Part shown: piece by piece, positions 1 through 15,342 of the stretch | Layout of the letters: each line of letters starts with the position of its first letter | Numbering within the stretch: the first letter of the stretch is position 1 | Notes under the pieces: generated by a model | The model's input: only the letters and a program-made list of their open reading frames with translations | The model's database searches: none | What the model was told of the DNA's origin: nothing | NCBI GenBank assembly: GCA_041695225.1 | Contig: JBGFRI010000038.1 | Coordinates: 24,307-88,306 of the forward strand | Direction: 5' to 3' | DNA from: Deinococcota bacterium | Lineage (GTDB): Bacteria; Deinococcota; Deinococci; Deinococcales; Thermaceae | DNA: 64,000 nucleotides | Program-made: the position numbers and the translations under genes

Positions 1-169
1 GCAAGACCGGAAGCAAGTAGCCATCCCACCAGGAGTGGTGGTTCCCAGCCAGTACACAGGCCTGGTCGGGAAGGCTCCCTTGAACCCATACCCCACGCAG
101 ACCCTGCCGTACCGTACGGCGAAAGAGGACCTTGAAGAGCGCAGCCAGCAGCCGGTCTCTGGGGCGCAT
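1..169 (-). CDS. Acyltransferase (PlsC-like, probable carotenoid glycoside acyltransferase); N-terminal part, runs off the window edge
   Basis: Hand translation [51 protein letters not shown] contains an NHxSxxD motif. The start overlaps the upstream stop (TAATG). Confidence 0.75.
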   Translation of the reverse strand, partial: MRPRDRLLAALFKVLFRRTVRQGLRGVWVQGSLPDQACVLAGNHHSWWDGYLLPVL

Positions 170-1341
170 TAGCACACCCGCCTTTCATTAACTGCTCCTT
201 GGCTGCGGGTCAAAAAGCCCCACCAGGCCAGTGTGTTCATAGCCAGGCCACAGACTATCGCAGCCGGCCAGAAACCCAGCAGGGCCAGACCGACAGGAAG
301 AAAAAGGGCCTCGAGGCGGTAGGCCCAACCAAACGAGGTTTCTTCGAGCAGCCCGGGTCCCAGCCGCGCATACATCCAAGAAATCACAAAGCCCACCGCG
401 AACCACGAAAGGTAATTCTGGATGGGAGCCCCATACCAGACCGGGTTGGGGTCCTGCCAGGTCCAGAAACCTTTGGCAGGCATGATGGCCTCCAGACCCA
501 GATCCCAGGCAACTACCAGCAAACCCGTTAGCCAGGGCCGGCCTCCGGCCAGCAGATGAGCGGACAAAACCATGGCAAACCAGCCCAGCGGCACCAGTAA
601 GGGCACCCCCAGAACACTTGGTGGCGGGGCGCCGTCGTAGCTGTAAAGGCCGAAAGGAAGGCCGGTCATGCTGCCCATCAACTCGATGCCCAGGCCAAAA
701 GTAAAGGCCAGGCCGGCAAGCAGAAATATGCGTGGTCCAACCCTGCCCCAGCCCCAGAGCAAGGCTGCCAGGCTAATCAGGACAATCTGGGTAGTGCTAA
801 TGATGGCAAAGCCTTCGGGCCAGAGCGGAACGGGAATTCTCACCAGCACGGCCAGAACCAGCAGCACCATCCACGCTCTCAGGTGCCGACGCACCCAGGC
901 AAGCCGGCTAAGGGCCGCCGGGCTTCCCAGCAACCAGGTAGCCTGCGCCGATGCCAAGGCCGCCAGGGTTATCCAGACCCAGAGCACAGCATGGGCCTGC
1001 CACCACCAGGCCCCCAGGCCTCCCACCAAAACACCTGTGGCCGCCGCCAATAGCCAGCTTTTTCGAGCAGCCCACAGCAGGTCTGCACCCCAGGCAGCGA
1101 GCAAAGCCAGGGCCGAGCCCATCACCGCAAGGGCCAGTCCAGTCGGCGCCGGCCAGTCCAGCCTCAGCAAGACCGCCCCTGTCAGGGCCAGTCCTAGACC
1201 ACCCAAACCGCCCAGCACACGCAGCCAGAAGCTGCCGGGAGCGTCTGGCCACAGATGCCTTGTTCTGGCTGTTATGGCCAGGGCCGCCAAAGCCGTAATC
1301 AGAACCACAGAGAAATCCATCTCAGCCTCGAGCCCACCCAC
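169..1341 (-). CDS. cruF: Carotenoid 1,2-hydratase (CruF-like) with extra N-terminal membrane region; start probably at 1320
   Basis: C-terminal half has [25 protein letters not shown] and [11 protein letters not shown] motifs; carotenoid cluster context. Confidence 0.75.
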   Translation of the reverse strand: MGGLEAEMDFSVVLITALAALAITARTRHLWPDAPGSFWLRVLGGLGGLGLALTGAVLLRLDWPAPTGLALAVMGSALALLAAWGADLLWAARKSWLLAAATGVLVGGLGAWWWQAHAVLWVWITLAALASAQATWLLGSPAALSRLAWVRRHLRAWMVLLVLAVLVRIPVPLWPEGFAIISTTQIVLISLAALLWGWGRVGPRIFLLAGLAFTFGLGIELMGSMTGLPFGLYSYDGAPPPSVLGVPLLVPLGWFAMVLSAHLLAGGRPWLTGLLVVAWDLGLEAIMPAKGFWTWQDPNPVWYGAPIQNYLSWFAVGFVISWMYARLGPGLLEETSFGWAYRLEALFLPVGLALLGFWPAAIVCGLAMNTLAWWGFLTRSQGAVNERRVC

Positions 1342-2509
1342 CCAGGCGAAGCCTGCTCACATCCAGGGCGGCAGCAGCAAAGGCAGGAATACAAACACTG
1401 GACATGATCTGAAGGTCCTGAAGCAGGCTGGTCTCCTCGTCCAAAAAGCGCAGGACGCGCTGTGGAGGATTTTTGCGAAACAGATCACTAAAGATTTGCT
1501 TACCAGGTGCGCGGTGATGGGCCAGTACGTTCAGAAGTACGCTATCCATATAGGCATGCCTGTGGTGGGTTGGTTCTGGGTAAAACGGCTGCCCGGTCGC
1601 GATTAGCGCTCGGGCAATGCTTCGGGACTGCTTCTGGATGCGCTGGAAAGTGTAGCCGGTCGAAGGCTTGGTGCGACCCCCTGCCATTCCGATGTTCATC
1701 ACATGGGGGCTTGGCTGGCGGCTAAAGGGGGCATCGGTCATGGGGATGATGCCAGACTCGGTCTGTTGGATCTCATAGCGCTTTATGCCCAGCCAGCGCC
1801 CCAGATACTCACGCAGCCCAGCATCATACGCCTCGGGCAGCAGGAGTTCCGCCGAAAACACGGTGTATTCCACCAGTGCAGTGTGGGAATCGAAAGGCAA
1901 CACGTAGCCAAAGCAGGCCTCGCCATGCTGTTCAACCCGAAAATCCATAATGGTCGCCGCCGCAGTTTCAAAGGCTGGGCTGAGGGTTTGAACCACCCAG
2001 CCCTTAAAGTGTTGTAGCAGGTAGTGATGTCTGGGGCTTTTGGGTGCGGCCTTATACAGGCTGCTAAAGACCCACTTTCCGGTAAAGGTCTGCCCGTTTA
2101 GCTCTACTGCAGCCCCGCCGCCAGTCTCCTGAATATGGGAGACGGGGCCATACCTGAGGGTGATATTGCGCTGCTGCAAAAGCCACCGGTGCATAAAGGC
2201 ATAGAGATCTTCACCCCGGATCATTTTGTAGACATAGGGGGCAATGGCCAGACGCTGGGAAATTCCCTGGCCATGAAACCAGATATGGCTCCATTTACGA
2301 AAAACCACCTCTTCGAACGGATTATCTCCCGCTTCCCAAAAACACCAGGTGCGGTCGTTGGTGGTTTTTGGCGCAAGATCCAGCAACAATATCTTCTTAT
2401 CCTGGAGGCCTGCTTGCACCAGGTGATAAGCCAGGCTCAGACCGGCTGCCCCCGCTCCCACGATAATGTAGTCGTAATGCTCACTCACTCTATACAGGCT
2501 ACGTTGCAC
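1322..2509 (-). CDS. crtY: Lycopene cyclase family FAD protein
   Basis: GAGAAG Rossmann motif, DRTWCFW, MDFR, FGYVLP, ALVEYT, ESGIIPM and TKPSTGY motifs. Confidence 0.8.
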   Translation of the reverse strand: MQRSLYRVSEHYDYIIVGAGAAGLSLAYHLVQAGLQDKKILLLDLAPKTTNDRTWCFWEAGDNPFEEVVFRKWSHIWFHGQGISQRLAIAPYVYKMIRGEDLYAFMHRWLLQQRNITLRYGPVSHIQETGGGAAVELNGQTFTGKWVFSSLYKAAPKSPRHHYLLQHFKGWVVQTLSPAFETAAATIMDFRVEQHGEACFGYVLPFDSHTALVEYTVFSAELLLPEAYDAGLREYLGRWLGIKRYEIQQTESGIIPMTDAPFSRQPSPHVMNIGMAGGRTKPSTGYTFQRIQKQSRSIARALIATGQPFYPEPTHHRHAYMDSVLLNVLAHHRAPGKQIFSDLFRKNPPQRVLRFLDEETSLLQDLQIMSSVCIPAFAAAALDVSRLRLGGWARG

Positions 2510-2949
2510 CAGCAGGAACGCTCTAGCCGGGCTTACAAAGTTTCCCGCGGACAGTAGACTAAGTCCTCTGTTGCTCGGCAGACACTAGGGCAAAGTGAGA
2601 AGCGGTTAATTTTGCCATACTTGATACTCACAGCATGTGCCATAAGAGCAAGCTGCGATCCAGGACTGCCCGCAAATTTCGATTGATACCAGCTTTACCT
2701 CGAAAGTCAGCCTTTGTCTGCTTTTAGAGGCCCCTCATCGCGTGGCCCCGATTAAACAATGCTCTCTATCGCTTATCTGTTAGCATCGCAACCTATTTAC
2801 ACCGCTAAAAAACCCCGGTCCCGCGCCCTGTGTAAACAGCACAGTAAATAGAGAAGGGAGCTAGGCAGGCTTGGCATAAGGGACCGTTTAGACACTCTGG
2901 ACATCCCAGACTGAAGCACAATGTTGCCATGCTTAAGACTGATGGACAA

Positions 2950-4482
2950 TCACACCTGGTTTCGGCTCAAATCCTTTAGCACCACCCTGGCTGCGTTACG
3001 CCCGCTCGCACCCATGATGCCCCCGCCCGGATGGGTGCTGGCCCCGGTCAGATAGAGCCCTTTCAGGCCGGGATACTTGTACTCGTGAGCCCCCAGCCAG
3101 GGCCGCAGCATAAACATCTGATCCAGGCTCATCTCGAGGTGCATCACATTTCCAGCAGGCATGGCGAACTCGTTTTCTAACCACAGTGGGGTCTGCACCA
3201 GTTCGGCCACAATTTTGCCACGAATGTCGGGGTCGAAGCGCTCGAAACTCTTTATCACGCCCTCCCTGGCCTCCTCGGCCCTGGTTTCCCACGTTCCCGA
3301 GGCCAGCCTGTAGGGGTAGTACTGCGCCCACAGCCACAGCGTCTCGCCGCCCGGCGGGGCCAGCGTTTCGTCCACCGCGCTAAAACTCATGGCGATAAGG
3401 GGTGGGTCGCGGGTAGGCTGTCCCGAAAGGTAGTCGCCATAGGCCCGGTTTAATTGCATTTCATCGGTGATGAGCAGCCCCAGCCCAATGCGCGCCTCGT
3501 CGCCAGAGTGGGTCTGGTAACGCACCTTCTGCGAAAGCCCCAGCCGAATAACCAGGCCAAAACCGTTGCCAACCCGCAAGCCCTTAGCCGCTTCGGGCGT
3601 TTTGTGCTCTGGCAACATCCCAATGGTCTTCTGGATATGCGAGCCCGAGACTACCGCCCGTGCGCTCACGGTCTGCCCATCCACAAGGTGTATTCCAACA
3701 GCTTTATTGCCGTTAGTCATGATCTCCGAGACAGGGCTATTCAGGTAAACCTTCCCACTTTTAGCCTTAATCGCCCGTACCAGCGCCAGCGAGAGACCGC
3801 CCGAGCCGCCCCTGGGCCGGGCCACCCCACCCAGGTGATAGAGGGGGTGCCATAGTAGAAACGGTGAAGACAGCGGGTCGAAAGGGGGCGGGCCGGACTG
3901 CGCGGCCATCCATACCAGCGGCGCACGCACCCGTTCGTCGCTAAAATACTCTTTTGCTACTTCGCCATAGGGCCGCAAAATCTGTGGCAAGCGCTTCCGC
4001 CAGTCGCGGCCAAGCCCCGAGCCCAGAATCATCTTTCTCCCCAGGTTCATAGGGTTGGGAGATGCCAGGAATGACTCTTTAACGGCATTAGCAAAAGGTA
4101 GCCAGTCGCCCACAAAACGCCGGTAAGCCTCACCCTGCCCCGGATACCGTTCGTTTAACTCGGCCGCAGTGCGCCCTGGATCGCGCCAGACAAACCAGCT
4201 CTGCTGTCCATCGGAGGCATGAAAAAGCGGGTCGAGCTCGATATACTCCAGCCCATACCTATAGAGCTCTAACTCACTCGGGATGGGCGTCAGGCGGATC
4301 AGAATATGGGCACTGCCTCCCAGATCGAAGCGAAACCCTTCGTAATCCACGGTCGAGACCGCTCCACCCGGTACGTTGCGCCGCTCGAACACACCTACCC
4401 TGTACCCAGCCCTGGCCAGGTAGGCCGCCGTCACCAGTGCATTGTGCCCCGCGCCCACCACCACCACATCGAAATCCGGCAT
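2950..4482 (-). CDS. crtO: Carotenoid ketolase (CrtO, phytoene desaturase family)
   Basis: [29 protein letters not shown] and [16 protein letters not shown]; closely resembles Deinococcus CrtO as recalled. ATG at 4482. Confidence 0.8.
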   Translation of the reverse strand: MPDFDVVVVGAGHNALVTAAYLARAGYRVGVFERRNVPGGAVSTVDYEGFRFDLGGSAHILIRLTPIPSELELYRYGLEYIELDPLFHASDGQQSWFVWRDPGRTAAELNERYPGQGEAYRRFVGDWLPFANAVKESFLASPNPMNLGRKMILGSGLGRDWRKRLPQILRPYGEVAKEYFSDERVRAPLVWMAAQSGPPPFDPLSSPFLLWHPLYHLGGVARPRGGSGGLSLALVRAIKAKSGKVYLNSPVSEIMTNGNKAVGIHLVDGQTVSARAVVSGSHIQKTIGMLPEHKTPEAAKGLRVGNGFGLVIRLGLSQKVRYQTHSGDEARIGLGLLITDEMQLNRAYGDYLSGQPTRDPPLIAMSFSAVDETLAPPGGETLWLWAQYYPYRLASGTWETRAEEAREGVIKSFERFDPDIRGKIVAELVQTPLWLENEFAMPAGNVMHLEMSLDQMFMLRPWLGAHEYKYPGLKGLYLTGASTHPGGGIMGASGRNAARVVLKDLSRNQV

Positions 4483-4934
4483 CTCCGGCGAATGATACCG
4501 CAGACTACCCCGCAAAAATACTGCCACTAACGCTAGATGAACTGCACCGCCGGCACCGACTGCTTTGGGATGCAGACGTAAGTGATGCCCCCCAATTGTT
4601 TTTTTCGCCTAGAGCCAGTTGGGGGTATAAGTCTCTCCCCCTCGAGGTTTCTGCCCAGTACAGATGACCATGGCTGATGTGTTGCGAGCAAAAGACTAGT
4701 GCGGACAGGGAATACCCAGGCAACAGCGGCCTCTGCCACTCCGGGAAAGGAGGCCCGCTACTTGAACTCGAGGCCATTCCACTTTTGCAGGTCGCCTGGT
4801 AATGATTCGTTAAGCTCTTGGGGCTAAGGCAGTCCACCAGTCAACTCTTCCCGTTAGGTACTGGCCTGCTAGGGCTTTTCAGTCGAGACTCTGGATCGCA
4901 GAGCGTACAGTGCAGCCTCCTTTGATCTCCCTGT

Positions 4935-5375
4935 TTACCTCAGGTTCAGCACCGGGCAGTTGTCAAGCTGTACGGCAGTGGCCGGGCCAGGGGTGCGGAT
5001 ACGGTACTCACCTGCGCTGCCGGCTTCCTTGGTGCTGGCCACCAGGTTGCCGTGGTCGGTATAGACCAGGATGCGCTCTGCTACTCCAGTAATACGCAAG
5101 CGCAGCTCGTAGCTGCCGATGCCCACCTGTACGATCTGCCCGGCGCACCCATTCGGCAGGCTCAGGGCAGGCCCGTTCGACAAGCTCAGGGCAGGCCCAT
5201 TCGGCAGGCTGCTAGGGACCTGGGTGGCGGGAGCGGTATGCTGTGAGACCGCCGGCGCCTGGTCTGGTTGGGGCGGTGCGGCCAGAAATACGAAATAGGC
5301 CGCGATGCCTAGCAGCAGCACAATACGAATTGGGGTGTACCTTCTATCGTTCATGGCTCTTCTTAAGGGTAGCAA
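4935..5375 (-). CDS. Hypothetical membrane-anchored protein with an in-frame repeat insertion
   Basis: N-terminal TM segment, Pro/Ala linker, repeat-derived GPALSLSNGPALSLPNG, two Cys in the C-terminal domain. Confidence 0.6.
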   Translation of the reverse strand: MLPLRRAMNDRRYTPIRIVLLLGIAAYFVFLAAPPQPDQAPAVSQHTAPATQVPSSLPNGPALSLSNGPALSLPNGCAGQIVQVGIGSYELRLRITGVAERILVYTDHGNLVASTKEAGSAGEYRIRTPGPATAVQLDNCPVLNLR

Positions 5376-5429
5376 ACACCCGGGGCGAACGGTGGGTCAG
5401 GTGACCGTGAAAGCAGTGGGGAGAGTGGC

Positions 5430-5548
5430 AAAGGTCTAAGGTCAAGGGTCACAGGTCGCAAGTCACAGGTCGAAGGTCGAAGGCAAAGGTTGCAAGCTAC
5501 AAGTCGAAAGTCACAGGTCAAAGGTCTAAATACTTTCGACCTTCGACA
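5430..5548. repeat. Heptamer tandem array (AGGTCGA/AGGTCAC type) followed by a short inverted copy
   Basis: aaggtctaaggtcaagggtcacaggtcgcaagtcacaggtcgaagg... then ttcgaccttcgac. Confidence 0.85.
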
Positions 5549-5590
5549 TTTTTGAAGGAGGTATAGCCTGGTAGCTTATTTGCACTGAAG

Positions 5591-5736
5591 CCACAGGGTC
5601 AGCATGCGAGCTGCTTGTCGGCTAAGCAACGCGCAACTGGTCGAGCAGTAATGGTTCTAGACTGCTGGCAAAGGGCGCGCCAGCTAGGCTGGCCTCCAAG
5701 CGCACACAAGACGCTGGTTCTAGCCTGACCCTGTGG
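5591..5736. ncRNA. Candidate structured ncRNA (rod-shaped, possibly 6S-like)
   Basis: Perfect 12-bp terminal inverted repeat CCACAGGGTCAG/CTGACCCTGTGG, with nested stems cttgt/acaag, cgcgc/gcgcg, agcagt/actgct and a side hairpin ccagc-tag-gctgg. Confidence 0.35.
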
Positions 5737-5834
5737 GTCTATTGGCATCTGGTTCACCACCCAGGGAAGCAATCGGTGCATGACCCGTAGGCGCTAATCT
5801 GGGAATCATCTGCAGTCATTTGCGGCCAGTCGGC

Positions 5835-5863
5835 AAATCCACCCCAGGTGGAGGGGTGGATTT
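5835..5863 (-). terminator. Hairpin terminator downstream of tRNA-Lys
   Basis: AAATCCACCCC-N7-GGGGTGGATTT inverted repeat. Confidence 0.65.
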
Positions 5864-5874
5864 ATGAGTCCTGG

Positions 5875-5950
5875 TGGTGGACCGCACAGGACTTGAACCT
5901 GTGACCAACCGATTAAAAGTCGGTTGCTCTACCAACTGAGCTAGCGGTCC
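5875..5950 (-). tRNA. tRNA-Lys(UUU)
   Basis: GGACCGC acceptor stem, D-arm AGCTCAGTTGGTAGAGC, anticodon loop CTTTTAA, T-loop GTTCAAGTC, encoded CCA; 76 nt. Confidence 0.97.
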
Positions 5951-6056
5951 ATCTTGCTTGTGAAACCTCTAGTCCCCTCAAGCCTTAGAGATTATAGGCA
6001 AAGCACCACGCTATGTCTATAGGGGCAATTTATCGAGCAACGGTCTGTAAAGAGCC

Positions 6057-6083
6057 GGCCGGAGGGCTAGCCACCCTCCGGCC
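6057..6083 (-). terminator. Hairpin after the oxidase operon
   Basis: GGCCGGAGGG-N7-CCCTCCGGCC. Confidence 0.55.
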
Positions 6084-6095
6084 TTGCAGTCCTGG

Positions 6096-9601
<3,506 letters not shown>

Positions 9602-9686
9602 TCAGAGACCCTCCCCATTTTTTTACTCAGGACATTCTAAGTGCCTTCGGTATAAATCCACAAGACGACCACCGGCCAAGACCGCT

Positions 9687-10577
9687 TTACTGCCAGAGGG
9701 CCCGGTCCACTGCCATAGCCACAAAGAGCAGAGCGAGATAGAGCATCGAGTACTTGTACAGCAAGATTATCCCCCGAGGCTTCAGGGTCCGGAATAGCTG
9801 CAGGCTGCGCTGCAGCAGTACGCCGTTGAGCCCTAGCGCCAGTACCAGGTAAAACCAGCCCAGCTCGCCCATCAGCACCGGAATCAGGGTGATGACAGTA
9901 GTCAGGATGGCATAAAGCCAGATCTGCAGCACGGTTTCGCGCTCCCCGCGCACCACCGGCAGCATGGGAATCCCAGCTCTGGCGTAGTCGTCTTTGATCA
10001 GCAAGGCCAGCGCCCAGAAGTGCACCGGCGTCCAGAAGAAGATAATCAAAAACAAGTATCCGGCAAACAGGCTCAGATCCCCGGTAACCGCAGCCCAGCC
10101 CACCAGGGGCGGGAATGCCCCGGCCGCACCGCCAATTACGATGTTGCTCCAGAAGCGGCGCTTCATGTAGAGGGTATAGACCAGCACATACCAGACCAGC
10201 CCAGCCATAGCCAACAGGGCGGCGGTCAGGTTGGCCCCCCACCATAGCAAGACGAAGGAAAGGACCATCAGGACGACGGCAAACACGGTGGCATGGCCAC
10301 GGCTAATTCGCTCGGTTACGGTGGGGCGAGTGGCGGTGCGCCGCATCTGGCCATCAATATCGCGGTCAATAACCATGTTAAAGGCGTTGGCCGCGCCCGC
10401 AGCCATATAGCCGCCAACAAAAACCGCTACAAACAAGCTCAGGCCAGGCCACCCCCCAGCAGCAATAAACATTGCCATCAGGGTTGTGAAAAGCAGCAGG
10501 CTGATTACTCGAGGCTTGGTCAGCCAGAAATAGTCGCGCCAGGTTGCGCGTTCGGGATGGCCCACAGACAGCACCAT
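9687..10577 (-). CDS. ctaB: Heme O synthase (protoheme IX farnesyltransferase)
   Basis: LTKPRV, N...DRDID..M.RT..RP and WTPVHFWAL. Confidence 0.95.
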   Translation of the reverse strand: MVLSVGHPERATWRDYFWLTKPRVISLLLFTTLMAMFIAAGGWPGLSLFVAVFVGGYMAAGAANAFNMVIDRDIDGQMRRTATRPTVTERISRGHATVFAVVLMVLSFVLLWWGANLTAALLAMAGLVWYVLVYTLYMKRRFWSNIVIGGAAGAFPPLVGWAAVTGDLSLFAGYLFLIIFFWTPVHFWALALLIKDDYARAGIPMLPVVRGERETVLQIWLYAILTTVITLIPVLMGELGWFYLVLALGLNGVLLQRSLQLFRTLKPRGIILLYKYSMLYLALLFVAMAVDRALWQ

Positions 10578-10583
10578 AATAGT

Positions 10584-11534
10584 TTACATGGCCTCACGTG
10601 GGGTGGCTTTAGGTTGTTCTTTGGGGCTAAGGCAGAGGGCAGTGACCGTAAGCAGCAGCCAGAAGATAAACATCGCGTCCGAGAGTAGCAGATGCGGCAG
10701 TTGGGTGAACAGGGGGGCTGAGAGCATAACATTAGACATGCCCACCAGTAGCTGCAAAACCACCACCAGTACGATCATGCGGGCGAAGAGCCGGGTGTGA
10801 GGGCTGGGCCTTTGGGCGGCAACCAGACTGACTGCCAAGATGAGATACAGACTCACCAAACCAGCGATAAATGGGTGGTAGATGCGAAGTTGAACCAGCA
10901 GGTGCTCTCCTGGCGTGAAGGCCCGCCCCACCGCTTCGGCGGTGTTGAGCACCGGAAACAGGGCATCACCCAGCGAAGTGATGGCTCCGGAAGCCGCTGC
11001 TAAAAGGATGCCAATGTAGCCCAAACCCAACGACCAGCCCACCATACCCTGGCCTTTCCATACCGGGCGATGGTCTGGATGCTGCGACCACCAGGCCGCA
11101 AGAGCCAGTGCGCCGATCAAGAAAAGGGTGTTGATCAGGTGAAAGGGAGCCACCACCGCTCGAGCCAGGCTGACATCCTCACCTACCAGTTGAAACAACA
11201 CCAGGCCAGCTCCCAGCAGGCTCTCGGTGATCATGAAAAAAATAGCCAGCCCCGCCCCGAGCCGGGCCAGATGCCCTTTAGGAAAAATCCTTCGCGACCA
11301 GATGACCAGACCAACCGTCAGCAACAAGGCAATGCCGCTGGTAATGCGGTGGAAGAATTCGATAAATGTCTCGTAGCCCTGGAAGGCTGGCAGCACCTGG
11401 CCATGGCAGGTGGGCCAGTAGGCCCCACAGCCATCGCCCGAGCCGGTAGCCTGTACCACATCGCCCCAGAGGATAACCAGAAGGGTATAAGCTACCAGGC
11501 CCCAGGCAAAGAAGGTATAGCGACGGTTTTTCAT
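10584..11534 (-). CDS. ctaA: Heme A synthase
   Basis: GCG..WP.C, EFFHR and conserved His residues in TM helices. Confidence 0.9.
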   Translation of the reverse strand: MKNRRYTFFAWGLVAYTLLVILWGDVVQATGSGDGCGAYWPTCHGQVLPAFQGYETFIEFFHRITSGIALLLTVGLVIWSRRIFPKGHLARLGAGLAIFFMITESLLGAGLVLFQLVGEDVSLARAVVAPFHLINTLFLIGALALAAWWSQHPDHRPVWKGQGMVGWSLGLGYIGILLAAASGAITSLGDALFPVLNTAEAVGRAFTPGEHLLVQLRIYHPFIAGLVSLYLILAVSLVAAQRPSPHTRLFARMIVLVVVLQLLVGMSNVMLSAPLFTQLPHLLLSDAMFIFWLLLTVTALCLSPKEQPKATPREAM

Positions 11535-11845
11535 GACACATAGCCCCCGATTGTGAAGACTACAAGGCTGGAGTCAGCACAGCCAGACTATAAGTACAAT
11601 TCTCGGGTCCCGATTGAGCGCCATACCACCCTTCAAACAGAGTTAGCATCGGCCAGCTTCAAGCAGTCCCCTGGGCTGGCGGCAACGCGACTCTGAACAG
11701 CCTTAGCAGAACCTTCGGGGCGGATCCGAAACAATGTTATCGGGGCCGCACTTGTTCTATCACTACCGCCTGGATTAGCAGCGAGAACCAAGCCCTGTAC
11801 CGCATTTCAGCTCCAAAAGCTGCTATATGGTCTCTGAAAACTGTT

Positions 11846-12058
11846 CTACTGGGGTATCAGCTCAATCTCGCCCGCGGCGGCCTCAAAGCCCACCCGCTTG
11901 TGGGTTCCATCGCAAAAGGGTTTGTTTTCCGACGCTCCACAACGGCACAGGGCCAGCTTGGGTCGGTCCAGAACTCGTGCTTCTCCGTTGAGGGTAAACC
12001 TGCTTCCTTCAGGAAGGTCCACAACCAGCGAGCCATTTTCGCGCAGACGAATTCTCAT
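11846..12058 (-). CDS. CDGSH iron-sulfur domain protein
   Basis: LCRCGASENKPFCDGTH. Confidence 0.9.
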   Translation of the reverse strand: MRIRLRENGSLVVDLPEGSRFTLNGEARVLDRPKLALCRCGASENKPFCDGTHKRVGFEAAAGEIELIPQ

Positions 12059-12202
12059 CTTCTTTAGTCTAAGCAGTAATCGTTTGGCGTGATTACAGGG
12101 TCAGAAGACCAGTATTTTCCAGCAGGGGGAGACAACTGATCGGAGCTGGGCTGCACGAAGCGTTAGTTGGCCTGTGCAGCCTGTCAGGCCCAAAGGCGTA
12201 CC

Positions 12203-12976
12203 TCAGTACGTAAAGTGCTTGATCTGCTCACCCCTGGCGCCAATATCGGTCATGGCCTCGAGGCCCAGCTCGAGGTGCACCTCCACCCACTTCTCGGTCA
12301 CCTCGCGGTCCGAGACCTCGGTTTTCACGCCGTCAGGCGTGATGGGCACATCCGAGACCAGCAACAGGGCGCCGCGGGCAATCTCGTTGTGGTGGCCCAC
12401 AATAAAAATGGTGGCGGTCTCCATATCAATGCCCAGACAGGTCATGCGTTTGAGGCGCTCTAAGAACTCCTGGTCGTGTTCCCAGACCCGGCGGTTGGTG
12501 GTATAGATTACCCCAGTGCGGTACTCTAGCCCCCTGGCCGCGATTTTTTCCGAGACAAACTTGTGCAGCTTGAAACTGGGCAGGGCGGGCACTTCGGGTG
12601 GGAAGTAGTCGTTGGAGGTACCCTCGCCACGAATAGCGGCAATGGGCAGGATGAAATGGCCGATCTCGGTGCTGCGCTTAAGCCCCCCGCACTTGCCTAA
12701 AAACAATACCCCCTTGGGCATACGGGCCGATAGTAAGTCCATAATGGTGGCCGCATTGGCGCTGCCCATGCCAAAGTTGATGATGGTCAGGCCGGCGGCG
12801 TTGGTGGCAGCCTGCATGGCCCTCCCTTCGCCATAAACACTGCAACCAAACCTGCCGGCAAAACGCTCGATGTAATCGGAAAAGTTGGTCAGCAGGATAT
12901 AATCGCCAAATGCATCCAGGGGCATTCCGGTATAGCGGGGAAGCCAGTTACGGGCGATCTCGAGTTTTTCCTTCAT
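12203..12976 (-). CDS. amn: AMP nucleosidase (short form)
   Basis: NWLPRYTG, YILLTNF, NFGMGSANA, LGKCGG and IDMETAT. Confidence 0.9.
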   Translation of the reverse strand: MKEKLEIARNWLPRYTGMPLDAFGDYILLTNFSDYIERFAGRFGCSVYGEGRAMQAATNAAGLTIINFGMGSANAATIMDLLSARMPKGVLFLGKCGGLKRSTEIGHFILPIAAIRGEGTSNDYFPPEVPALPSFKLHKFVSEKIAARGLEYRTGVIYTTNRRVWEHDQEFLERLKRMTCLGIDMETATIFIVGHHNEIARGALLLVSDVPITPDGVKTEVSDREVTEKWVEVHLELGLEAMTDIGARGEQIKHFTY

Positions 12977-13068
12977 AAACCTATTATGCCCAGCCCTAGC
13001 CCCACCCAGTGTGAACAGGGGCTGGCAACGACCAGACACCTCCCGCCTCGAGCCCGTGTGGCCGTACG

Positions 13069-13352
13069 TTTATGAAGCGTCTCAAGTCTCAGGTCTTTTT
13101 GGCTTGCGACCTGCGACCTGCGTCATTCAATGAGTCGATAGTCGATAGTCAATAGTCGATAGTCAATAGTCAATAGTCGATAGTCAATAGTCAATAGTCA
13201 ATAGTCCATAGCCGATAGCCCGTAGCTAATAGCTGATAGCCGGTAGCTTTTGACCTTCGACCTACGACCTACGACCTGCGACATCTTTTGTGAAGCGTCA
13301 GCCCCCAGCTTCATGCTCCGGGGTAAGTCAGGACGGATGGGCAACTTTTGAG
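13069..13352 (+). repeat. Composite repeat, copy 1 (direct repeat flanking ddl)
   Basis: Near-identical to 14467-14678 apart from heptamer copy number. Confidence 0.9.
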
Positions 13353-13384
13353 GCGGGTTAATTCCCTCAGCATAAGGCAGAGTC

Positions 13385-14678
<1,294 letters not shown>

Positions 14679-14834
14679 AAGCTGATAGCCGATAGCTGAT
14701 GGCTGCCAGCAACAACGGCTTTTAGCTATCCGCTATAAGCTATAAGCTATTAGCCAGTGTGAAGCTATTAGCCAGTGTGCTCCTAGCAAATGTCCGACCC
14801 ACAGGGAATCCGGTAGAGCCCATAAACTAATCCC

Positions 14835-15167
14835 ATGAGCTGGATTGCTGCGTTTGTGGTGTTGCTTCTCATAATCGGGCTGTTTGGTCTGGTCAACTAC
14901 TGGAGCTACCGCCGGGTTGAGAAGGCGCAGCAGGAGTGGTTTCGCCGGATGTTGGGAGAGGGGGTAGACATCGAGGCCTTTCTTCAGTCGGCCCCCTACG
15001 AGTACAAACCCCTCAAAGGCGCCAAAGCATATGGCATTCTCGATAAGCGCACCGGCGAGGAGGTCTACCGGGTAGCATCCCCCGAGGAGGCCGAGGCCTG
15101 GATCGTGACCAACACCCTGGCCGAGCGGGGCGAGCTACCCTTGCCTGCCGACCGGCCCAAGGGCTAG
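14835..15167 (+). CDS. Hypothetical membrane-anchored protein
   Basis: N-terminal TM helix and protein-like composition. Confidence 0.7.
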   Translation: MSWIAAFVVLLLIIGLFGLVNYWSYRRVEKAQQEWFRRMLGEGVDIEAFLQSAPYEYKPLKGAKAYGILDKRTGEEVYRVASPEEAEAWIVTNTLAERGELPLPADRPKG

Positions 15168-15184
15168 AGGTTTTGGTCTCGGTT

Positions 15185-15340
15185 TTGACCTTCGACCTCA
15201 AACCATGGCCGATAGCTAATAGCTGATAGCTGAAAGCCTAAAGCTGAAAGCTAAAAGCCTTAGGCCTTCAGCCTTCGGCCTTTATTTGACCTGCGACCTG
15301 TGACTTGCGACCATCGACCTTCGTCTTTCGACTTGCGACC
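15185..15340. repeat. Heptamer tandem arrays
   Basis: TAGCTGA/AAGCTGA and TGCGACC/TTCGACC units. Confidence 0.8.
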
Positions 15341-15342
15341 GG

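Noticed and set aside
668..1606. 312-aa plus-strand ORF, and similar long antisense ORFs (13427-14113, 15883-16626, 61000-61791)
   Set aside because: Shadows of well-supported genes on the opposite strand in GC-rich DNA, with no motifs.
5591..5736. Retron msr-msd (a1/a2 inverted repeats)
   Set aside because: No reverse transcriptase gene nearby.
11551..11568. Rex or FNR box upstream of ctaA (TTGTGAAGACTACAA)
   Set aside because: Spacing and right half-site do not fit either consensus.
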